Origin: a bacterium
GTDB taxonomy: Bacteria > RBG-13-61-14 > DATKZS01
Length of the DNA: 64,000 bases
Assembly: GCA_963674965.2 (NCBI GenBank)
Contig: CAXXFL010000005.1
Span: 256,001-320,000 of the forward strand
Direction: 5' to 3'
Below, one piece after another: positions 56,687 to 64,000 of this stretch. The position numbers and the translations under genes were made by a program. Under the pieces are notes generated by a model. That model did no database searches, was not told the origin of the DNA, and saw only the letters and a program-made list of their open reading frames with translations. How positions within the stretch are numbered: position 1 is the stretch's first letter; each line of letters starts with the position of its first letter.

Positions 56687-58225
56687 ATGATTGAAATGAC
56701 TCACAAGAGCTTGAGGCCCATCGAGAGGGTCATGCTCATCTTTCCGCCCATGTTCGACACCATCTACGTGGACACCATGTACTGCCCGCCCATGGGCATC
56801 GCCTACCTGGGGGCCTTCGTTCGGGACATGGTGGACGTGAAGCTCCTGGACGCTCTTATCGAGGGCCGTCACAGGAAGGAGATGATCACCGATATCATCG
56901 AGCTTAACGGCCTGAGCTACGATGAGATCGTCAATCGGATACGCGATTATAAGCCCGACATGGTGGGTTTTTCCTGCATCTTTTCCGGCCAGATCGCGGG
57001 CATCCGGGAGATAGCCCGCCGGGTCAGAAAAGAGGTCGACCCCGATACGGTCCTCGTGGCCGGCGGCACTCACCCGAGCTTTCTGCCGGAGAGGACCCTG
57101 GAGAACACCGAGCTGGATTACATCGTGCTCGGCGAGGGAGAGCTGACCTTCCGGGACATAATCCAGGCCCATAACCGGGGACACGGGATCGAGGAAATCG
57201 ACGGCCTGGCCTACCGCGCCAACGGGACCGTCCAGGTCAACCCCCGGATCAACTACGTCGAGGACCTGGACGATCTTCCCCTGCCCGCTCGGGACCTTCT
57301 TCCCATGGAGGAATATTTCAAGGCCAACGTCCCCATGGGACTGCACTGGAGGAAAAGAAGGAACACGCCCATCATCACCAGCAGGGGATGCCCCCACCGG
57401 TGCGCCTTCTGCTCGTCGCATATTCACTGGGGAGACCGCTACCGGCCCCGCACCCCCGGGAGCGTGCTCGACGAGATCGAGCATTTGAAAAGCGTCTACA
57501 ACGTCCAGGAGCTCAAGTTCCAGGACGACAACCTGACCATACCCCGCGCCCGGGCCCAGGCCATCTTCGAGGGCATGATCGAACGGGGACTGGTTATGCC
57601 CTGGAACACTCCCAACGGCGTGGCCATCTGGACGCTGGACGAGGAGCTAATAAAGCTTATGAAGAAGAGCGGGTGTTTCGAGTTCACCCTGGCCATCGAG
57701 TCCGGCGACCCGTGGGTGCTCAAGAACATCGTCAAGAAGCCCCTCAAGCTGGAGAAGGCGGTCGAGATCGCCCGGCTCGCCCGCAAGTACAAGATTTCCA
57801 CCACGGGGTATTTCATCATCGGCTTCCCCGGCGAGACGCGCGAGCAGATTCAGACCACCCTGGACTTCGCCCTCAAGATCGGCATCGACCACATCGCGCC
57901 TTTCATCTACAACCCCCTTCCCGGCTCGGAGCTTTGGAAGGTCTGCATCGAGAAGGGATACATCTCCAAGGACTACCGGTATGAGGACGCGAACAATTAT
58001 TTCCAGTCCGACCTTATCACGGAGAACTTCGACGCCGACGAGCTATTAAAGGCCCAGGCCAGGACCTATCTTAAGAACCTCGTTAAAATGCCCTTCCGTA
58101 ACCCTCGGGAGTTTTTCTCCTATTACTCGAGACTGGCGCTGACCCGGCCCGACTTTTTGCGCACCTTCATTAACAACTCCCTCAAGTCGGTCAAGAAGGC
58201 CTTGCCCGTTTCCCTTCGTCCGTGA
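56687..58225 (+). CDS. Cobalamin-dependent radical SAM protein
   Basis: PPMGIAYL, AGGTHPS, GEGE, TSRGCPHRCAFC, FQDDN, AIESG, FIIGFPGET. Confidence 0.9.
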   Translation: MIEMTHKSLRPIERVMLIFPPMFDTIYVDTMYCPPMGIAYLGAFVRDMVDVKLLDALIEGRHRKEMITDIIELNGLSYDEIVNRIRDYKPDMVGFSCIFSGQIAGIREIARRVRKEVDPDTVLVAGGTHPSFLPERTLENTELDYIVLGEGELTFRDIIQAHNRGHGIEEIDGLAYRANGTVQVNPRINYVEDLDDLPLPARDLLPMEEYFKANVPMGLHWRKRRNTPIITSRGCPHRCAFCSSHIHWGDRYRPRTPGSVLDEIEHLKSVYNVQELKFQDDNLTIPRARAQAIFEGMIERGLVMPWNTPNGVAIWTLDEELIKLMKKSGCFEFTLAIESGDPWVLKNIVKKPLKLEKAVEIARLARKYKISTTGYFIIGFPGETREQIQTTLDFALKIGIDHIAPFIYNPLPGSELWKVCIEKGYISKDYRYEDANNYFQSDLITENFDADELLKAQARTYLKNLVKMPFRNPREFFSYYSRLALTRPDFLRTFINNSLKSVKKALPVSLRP

Positions 58226-58261
58226 GCCGCTCGAGATGGATCGTCAATCGGGAGGAAAGAA

Positions 58262-59203
58262 TTGACCGGCGACCGATCAGGGGAGGAAAGGGCCCTTATC
58301 ACCAACGTGCAGGGCTTCTCCACCGAGGACGGGCCCGGCATACGGACCACGGTGTTCTTCAAGGGCTGCCCCCTCCGCTGCCCCTGGTGCCACAACCCCG
58401 AGGGACTCCTTAATAAGGAACAACTGATCTTTTACGCCCAAAAGTGCATCGGGTGCAAGACCTGCCTTACGGTCTGCGAGCATGGGGCGCCGATCCCAGG
58501 CTGGCCCAACCAGGACGAGTGCGTCTCGTGCTTCAAGTGCGTTGACGCATGTCCCGCGGCGGCGCGCCAGAAGATGGGCGAGTGGATCGGGGTCGGGGCG
58601 CTGGTGGACAAGGTGCTACGCGACCGGGTCTACTACGAGACCTCGGGAGGCGGCGTCACCGCCAGCGGGGGCGAGGCCATGATCTGGTGGAAGTTTCTGG
58701 CCGAGTTCTTTAAAAGGCTCCAGGCCGAGAAGATACACGTGGCCCTCGACACCAGCGCGGTCATAGGGGGAGAGCCGCTGGCCAGGGTCCTCGAGCGGGT
58801 GGACCTGGCCCTGGTGGACCTGAAGATCATGGACCCTAAAAGACATCGGGAAATCATCGGCGTCGAGCTGCCCCCCATCCTCGACCACGTAAGGGAGATT
58901 GACGGTTCCGGCACGCGCATGTTCATACGCGTCCCGGTGGTGCCGGGCTACACCGACGGGGAGGAAAACCTCACGGCCATCGCCGAGTTCGCCCGAGGCC
59001 TGGAAAACCTGGTGAAGGTCGATCTCCTGCCCTATCATCGCATGGCCGAGGCCAAGTACCGGCAATTGGGAGGCGCCTACCCCTTGCCCGAGGTACCCAC
59101 TCCGGGCGACGAGGCCATGAATAAGGCCCGGGAGATTTTTTTAAGCCATGAGGTCCCCGCGGTCATAGCCGGCCGGGACGATGGTATCGATCGGCCGGGT
59201 TAA
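58262..59203 (+). CDS. Glycyl-radical enzyme activating enzyme with ferredoxin insertion
   Basis: DGPGIRTTVFFKGCPLRCPWCHNPEG, two CxxCxxCxxxC motifs, GGGVTASGGE, LLPYH. Confidence 0.93.
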   Translation: MTGDRSGEERALITNVQGFSTEDGPGIRTTVFFKGCPLRCPWCHNPEGLLNKEQLIFYAQKCIGCKTCLTVCEHGAPIPGWPNQDECVSCFKCVDACPAAARQKMGEWIGVGALVDKVLRDRVYYETSGGGVTASGGEAMIWWKFLAEFFKRLQAEKIHVALDTSAVIGGEPLARVLERVDLALVDLKIMDPKRHREIIGVELPPILDHVREIDGSGTRMFIRVPVVPGYTDGEENLTAIAEFARGLENLVKVDLLPYHRMAEAKYRQLGGAYPLPEVPTPGDEAMNKAREIFLSHEVPAVIAGRDDGIDRPG

Positions 59204-60534
59204 GGTCTTTTTTCCCCGGCTATCTTCTTTTTTATTTTTTCGTTCCACATCTTGCCCAGTCGGTCCGACACGAGGCGAAAATCATCGCGGGAGGGAACGA
59301 AAACTTCCCACACGCTTTTCTTCATCTGCCTGGCGACGACCGCCGCCAGGGCGGCGGCGAGGGCGAAGGAGCCGGCGGTCATGGAAATTCCGGCTCCAAA
59401 GGCTCCCATCTCCGGGACGAGCCACAAGCATCCGGCCGCGCAGATGGCCAGGGCCAAGGCCCTGGGCAGGGTGACGAGCTGGGGTTTCCCAATTCCCGAC
59501 AGGTGGGCCATGGTGACGTTTTCCGTGCCGAGGAAAAGGACGGCGGGTAAAATGATTATCACCACGGGAACCATGGGGGCGTATTCCTCGCCGAAAAGCA
59601 GGGGCACGAAAAAGGGCGCGGCCAAGGCGGCCACCACGAGCATGGGTATGAAAACAATGATGTTCAGCCTTATCAGCCTTCCCGTCAGCGTGTCTCCCGC
59701 CTCTCCCTTCAGCCTGGCCGAGGCCGGGAAAAGGACCGAGTTGATGGCCTTGGGAAGAAGGAGGAGCCGCTCGCACATGGCCAGTCCAATCACGAAATAG
59801 GAGGCCTGGACCGGATTGTCCACGTGGCCGAGAAAATAAACCCCGGCGCGATAAAAGAAAGTAATGATAACGAGGTTGGCGTACGACCTCATTCCAAAGG
59901 AATAAAACTGCTTGAGGACGCTGGAATTGAAGGTGATCCTTGGAAAGGGCCTCTTGAGAAGGAAAGGTAAACCGAAAACCACCTCGGCGGCGTATATGGC
60001 CAGGTTGACCACCACGACGGAGGGGACAGAGATAGTGTCCGTTAGCCAGAGAGCGCCTATGCCTCCAAGATATAAGAGGCTGCGTCCGATGGAGAAAAGG
60101 TTCCATAAATGTATGCGCTGGAGGCCGACGAAGGTATGGAGCACCCCGCTGGCGAGGAACTGGAGGGGAATCATGGAGCAGGCGAGAAGAACCAGGCTTA
60201 GCTCGTAGTCTTTCCATACCATTTGATTTGCCGCGTACACGGCAAGGAAGGCCACCATCGACGCAATCCCCTGCATGAGATGCAAGATAATGCCCGTGCC
60301 TATATAGCCCTCCCGCTCTCCCTTTTTATGATTGGCCGTTAAAAAAGTCTGGGAACTGGAAAGGCCGAACATGCTTATCTGTACCACCGTGCCGGGAATC
60401 AGCATCAGGATTCCGAGTTCTCCCCTCAACTCGGGCTTGAGGCCTCGAGCGAGGGCGATGGAGGTGAACAGGAAAATAAGGATTTGAAACACCCTGGTGG
60501 CCACGGTGGACGTGATATGAGCCGCTATTTTCAA
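59200..60534 (-). CDS. Polysaccharide flippase (Wzx/MOP superfamily)
   Basis: About 12 TMs; ARGLKPELRG, LFP, LFGEEYAP, LVPEMGAFGA. Confidence 0.85.
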   Translation of the reverse strand: MKIAAHITSTVATRVFQILIFLFTSIALARGLKPELRGELGILMLIPGTVVQISMFGLSSSQTFLTANHKKGEREGYIGTGIILHLMQGIASMVAFLAVYAANQMVWKDYELSLVLLACSMIPLQFLASGVLHTFVGLQRIHLWNLFSIGRSLLYLGGIGALWLTDTISVPSVVVVNLAIYAAEVVFGLPFLLKRPFPRITFNSSVLKQFYSFGMRSYANLVIITFFYRAGVYFLGHVDNPVQASYFVIGLAMCERLLLLPKAINSVLFPASARLKGEAGDTLTGRLIRLNIIVFIPMLVVAALAAPFFVPLLFGEEYAPMVPVVIIILPAVLFLGTENVTMAHLSGIGKPQLVTLPRALALAICAAGCLWLVPEMGAFGAGISMTAGSFALAAALAAVVARQMKKSVWEVFVPSRDDFRLVSDRLGKMWNEKIKKKIAGEKRP

Positions 60535-60579
60535 GCCGTGGTTAAACCTCCGACGATTGGCGGGAAGATTGCCTCGTCA

Positions 60580-61836
60580 TCAGGACTCGTCCACCCTCTC
60601 GACCGCGGCTCCGAGCCCGTTGAGCTTGGAGGCCAGGTCCTCGTATCCGCGCTGGATCTGGTAGACGTTTTCGATCTCGGTTACTCCCTCCGAGACCAGC
60701 CCGGCGAGGACCAGGGCCGCGCCGCAGCGGAGGTCAGAGGCCCTGACCCGGGCGCCCCGCCATTTGGTCGGCCCGTCGACGATGGCGGTATTGCCGAGTA
60801 TCTGGATGTTCATGCCCAGCTTTCTTACCTGCTCGGCGTACTGAAAGCGGTCCGTGAACCTCATGTCGGTGATGGTGCTGCGGCCGCCGGCGCAACCGGC
60901 CATCACGGCGAACAGTGGCTGCATGTCGGAGTTAATGGCCGGGAAGGGGCCGGTGAAAAGGTCGATGGGCCGCAGTGGGCCGCGGCGGGAGAGGTAGACG
61001 TTGCCGCCCCAGAAGAACACCTCGCACCCGGCCTCCTTTAATATTTTCACGTCCCAGTGAACGTCGTCTTGTCTGACGTCCTCGATCATTATCTCGCCGC
61101 CCGTCATGGCCCCGGCGATGAGGTAACTGACCGCCTCGTCGGCTCCAGGCATGACCTTGTACTCGCATCCGTGCAGCTTTTCCACTCCCTCGATCTCGAC
61201 CACGCGAGGGCTGAGCTTTATTTTCGCCCCCATGGCGCTAAGCAGGCCCGCGAGGTTTTTGACCTCCGGACGGGTGTTGGCGTTTCTCAATATGGTCTTG
61301 CCCCTGGCCAGGGCCGCGGCGAGCATGATATTTTCCGTGCCGGTGGTGCTGGGGAGATAGAAATCGATCTCCCCTCCCTTGAGGCCTTGGGCCTTGCCAA
61401 GAAGACCGCGCGACCGTTCCTCGATTTGGGCGCCCATGCTCCTCAGGCCCATAAGGTGAAGATCGTACTTGCGCTCGCCTATCTGGCATCCCCCGGGAAG
61501 GGGGACCTCGATTTCACCGTAACGCTCAAGCATGGCCCCGAGGAATAAAAGGGTCGTGCGAACGCTCCCGCATTCGGCGTCCATTGAAATTTCGGTCAAT
61601 TTTTCCGGGGAAGTGAGCTTCACCGCGCCGGCGGACTTGTCCACTTCGACTGACACGCCAACCTGGCGCATGCAGTCTAGCATCCGGCGAACGTCGTTTA
61701 ATTGCACGGGACAATTGGTCAGCGTGACCGGCTCGTCGGTAAGCAGGCAGGCGCACACCATTGGGAGGGCCGCGTTTTTGGCCCCCGAAAGAATTATTTT
61801 GCCCTCGAGCCTGGAGGGACCGCGAATCTTGAGCAT
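60580..61836 (-). CDS. murA: Divergent UDP-GlcNAc enolpyruvyl transferase (MurA family)
   Basis: SGAKNAALP, PGGCQIGER..DLH, SDMQP, DLR.GAAL, IQRGYE; start probably at MLKIRGP. Confidence 0.85.
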   Translation of the reverse strand: MLKIRGPSRLEGKIILSGAKNAALPMVCACLLTDEPVTLTNCPVQLNDVRRMLDCMRQVGVSVEVDKSAGAVKLTSPEKLTEISMDAECGSVRTTLLFLGAMLERYGEIEVPLPGGCQIGERKYDLHLMGLRSMGAQIEERSRGLLGKAQGLKGGEIDFYLPSTTGTENIMLAAALARGKTILRNANTRPEVKNLAGLLSAMGAKIKLSPRVVEIEGVEKLHGCEYKVMPGADEAVSYLIAGAMTGGEIMIEDVRQDDVHWDVKILKEAGCEVFFWGGNVYLSRRGPLRPIDLFTGPFPAINSDMQPLFAVMAGCAGGRSTITDMRFTDRFQYAEQVRKLGMNIQILGNTAIVDGPTKWRGARVRASDLRCGAALVLAGLVSEGVTEIENVYQIQRGYEDLASKLNGLGAAVERVDES

Positions 61837-61946
61837 ATTATATACCTTAAAATCCAGGCGCGCTATTAACGCGCCCCAGCCCATTTGATCAATGACCTAT
61901 TATAAACTCTTTTAAGAAAATTGATATCCCTCTCGTCTCTTCCGGG

Positions 61947-62864
61947 TCAAAGGATTTGCAGCTCCGGCTCGAGGCGAACCCCGGTTTTTTCATATACCGA
62001 GCTTTGTATCGTTCCTATCAAAGAAACGATGTCGCTCGCCTTGGCCCCTCCCCTGTTCACTATAAAGTTCGCGTGCTTTCGGGACACTTCGGCTCCTCCC
62101 GCTTTTTTTCCCTGAAGGCCGCAATCGGCGATCAGGCGCCAGGCCGACTCGCCGGGAGGATTTGTGAAAACGCTGCCGCAGTTGGGATAGGCAAGGGGCA
62201 TTTTCGCCCGGCGCTCTCCAATAATCGCGTCCATCTCGGCGTTTAGAGCCTGGCTCTCGGCGGATGAGAGCCTCAGCCGGGCTTTCAATAGTATTTCATT
62301 ATTACCTCGAAGTCTGCTTTTACGGTAGCCGAACCCCATGTCCTTGGCGTCAATCCTGGAAATGTTTCCCTTAAGGTCCATGATTTCCGCGGTTACGAGT
62401 ATTCGCGAGATGGACCCCAGCTTGGTACCCGCGTTCATGCAGGCGGCCCCTCCAACCGACCCGGGAATACCTACCGCCCAGGTCAGTCCCCCGAGACCTA
62501 CGTCTGAAGCGTCGCGAGCCAGGCGCGGCAACATGATCCCCGCCCCGCTCTCTATCTCGTTTCCTTCCATGACTAGCGTCGTGAAACCGCGGCGCATGCC
62601 GACAATCAATCCTTCAAATCCCTCGTCTCGCACGAGCAGGTTGCTTCCAGCGCCCAACGCGACTATAGAGATATTATGCGCCGAGGCCGCTTTAAGCGAC
62701 GCCGCCAGTTCATCGGCGTCGTGAGGCTCGATAAAAACCCGGGCCTTGCCACCGGCCTTGTAACTGACCCGCCCGGCCATGTCGGCGTCGCGGGAGACCT
62801 CGACTCCGGAAACCTCGGCGATATTTTGGGCGATTTTATCCCATTGGCTCGGGGACCGATGCAC
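61947..62864 (-). CDS. murB: UDP-N-acetylenolpyruvylglucosamine reductase (MurB family)
   Basis: GAGSNLL, GIPGSVGGA..MNAG, FGYRKS, PNCGSVFTNP, VSRKHANFIVN. Confidence 0.9.
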   Translation of the reverse strand: MHRSPSQWDKIAQNIAEVSGVEVSRDADMAGRVSYKAGGKARVFIEPHDADELAASLKAASAHNISIVALGAGSNLLVRDEGFEGLIVGMRRGFTTLVMEGNEIESGAGIMLPRLARDASDVGLGGLTWAVGIPGSVGGAACMNAGTKLGSISRILVTAEIMDLKGNISRIDAKDMGFGYRKSRLRGNNEILLKARLRLSSAESQALNAEMDAIIGERRAKMPLAYPNCGSVFTNPPGESAWRLIADCGLQGKKAGGAEVSRKHANFIVNRGGAKASDIVSLIGTIQSSVYEKTGVRLEPELQIL

Positions 62865-62874
62865 TGTATCACCT

Positions 62875-63810
62875 TTATTTTTTTTCCGTGAAGAATTTTA
62901 CCGTCAAGGAAAGGCCCTCCTCGACCGGTACTTTCGGGACCCAGCCCAGGTCGTCCAGAGCGGCCGAGGAATCGGCCAGGCTGTGACGCACGTCCCCCGG
63001 CCGGGCCTCCACGTGGGTCGCCTCGACTTTCGACCTTGTCAGTTCCTTTATCTTTTGCCAAAGCTCGTTAATGGAAACCCTTCTGCCGCCGGCCACGTTA
63101 AAGACGCGACGCTCTTTAAGAGGCATGGTGGCGGCGAGGACGTTCGCCTCGACGCAATCGGTCACGAAAGTGAAATCCCTGCTTTGTTCCCCGTCGCCGT
63201 GTATCTCGGGTGGAAAGCCTGAGGACGCGGCCGTAATAAACTTGGGTATTACGGCCGCGTAAAGGGAATCGGGGTCCTGACGAGGCCCGAAGATATTGAA
63301 GTATCTGAGCACCGCCGTTTCCATTCCGTAACACTCCGCAAAAGCCAGGCAATAGTTTTCCTGGGCCAGTTTGGTAACGGCGTAAGGGGACATGGGCATG
63401 GGCGTCATGTCCTCCCGCTTGGGCAGGGTCTTGTTTTTGCCGTAAACCGAGGATGATCCGGCGCAGACAAAGCGCTTTACTTTCGACTCCTTGGCCGCCA
63501 CCAACAGGTTGAGAGTGCCGGTAACGTTACATTCATGGGAGGTGATAGGGTCCTCTACCGAGCGGGGGACCGACCCTAACGCGGCCTGATGCAGAACGTA
63601 ATCGACGTCCTTTACCGCCTCCCGGCAAATGGCCATGTCGCGGACGTCTCCCCTTATCATCTCGAAGTCTTGAGAGATCGCCGTTAGGTTTTCTTCTTTT
63701 CCCGTGATCAGGTTGTCAACCACCCTGACCTCTTCTCCTCTTTTGCAAAGAGACTCGACAATATTGGACCCGATAAAACCGGCTCCTCCCGTAACCAGCC
63801 ATTTTGCCAT
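62875..63810 (-). CDS. NAD-dependent nucleotide-sugar epimerase (WbpP/TviC-like UDP-HexNAc 4-epimerase)
   Basis: TGGAGFIGS, HQAALGSVPRS, SSSVYG, SPYAVTK (YxxxK), LRYFNIFGPRQDP. Confidence 0.9.
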   Translation of the reverse strand: MAKWLVTGGAGFIGSNIVESLCKRGEEVRVVDNLITGKEENLTAISQDFEMIRGDVRDMAICREAVKDVDYVLHQAALGSVPRSVEDPITSHECNVTGTLNLLVAAKESKVKRFVCAGSSSVYGKNKTLPKREDMTPMPMSPYAVTKLAQENYCLAFAECYGMETAVLRYFNIFGPRQDPDSLYAAVIPKFITAASSGFPPEIHGDGEQSRDFTFVTDCVEANVLAATMPLKERRVFNVAGGRRVSINELWQKIKELTRSKVEATHVEARPGDVRHSLADSSAALDDLGWVPKVPVEEGLSLTVKFFTEKK

Positions 63811-64000
63811 TACATTTTCCTTACAGCCGCCGAGTTTCGCGACTAATTATTGTCTAAGTATCCAAAGAGATTAATCAAAAGCGTTAAAAAAGGCGCTGAA
63901 GCCGAGCTTCCGCGTGATTGCCAAAGCTCCAATTTAAAAAAGTCAAATCCGGGCGTAACCCGCTTTCCCGCAACAAGTATAAGCGACTATCGCGTATAAA

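Noticed and set aside
1-64000. tRNA, rRNA, riboswitch, CRISPR, IS/integrase, selenocysteine read-through
   Set aside because: By eye I found no cloverleafs, rRNA signatures, repeat-spacer arrays, transposase or integrase motifs, or interrupted redox genes. A covariance-model scan could still find small RNAs I cannot see.
63811-64000. Possible JUMPstart/ops element or sigma54 site upstream of the epimerase
   Set aside because: GGCGGCTG and TGGCAATC are only partial matches and lack the required flanking consensus or spacing.

Overview
A 64 kb, GC-rich (about 60% by eye), gene-dense chromosomal segment. Gene content suggests an anaerobic deltaproteobacterium-like organism (Desulfobacterota or a relative; this is inference). 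About 57 protein-coding genes are supported. I saw no rRNA, tRNA, CRISPR array or transposase. Housekeeping genes (lepB, rlmD-like, lolD/lolE-like, slyD, mfd) are interspersed with anaerobic metabolism genes: iorAB, an FrhB-like protein, a stand-alone dsrD, an ADP-forming acyl-CoA synthetase alpha subunit, two B12-dependent radical SAM enzymes and a glycyl-radical activase. The most notable observations are: (1) a DUF4178/DUF350/membrane-bound aminopropyltransferase operon hiding a 56-aa membrane peptide ending in Gly-Lys that the ORF track missed; (2) divergent murB-murA genes between a UDP-HexNAc 4-epimerase and a Wzx flippase, suggesting a lactyl-ether sugar for a surface glycan; (3) an AT-rich cassette of a degenerate ABC ATPase plus a TOPRIM-like protein, a candidate anti-phage system; (4) strong window-wide over-representation of the palindrome CTCGAG; (5) an orphan monocistronic dsrD; (6) a TsrM-like B12 methyltransferase; (7) an acyl-CoA synthetase/GNAT/MBL-hydrolase operon; (8) a histone H1-like protein. 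All family assignments come from motif recognition by eye, not database searches.
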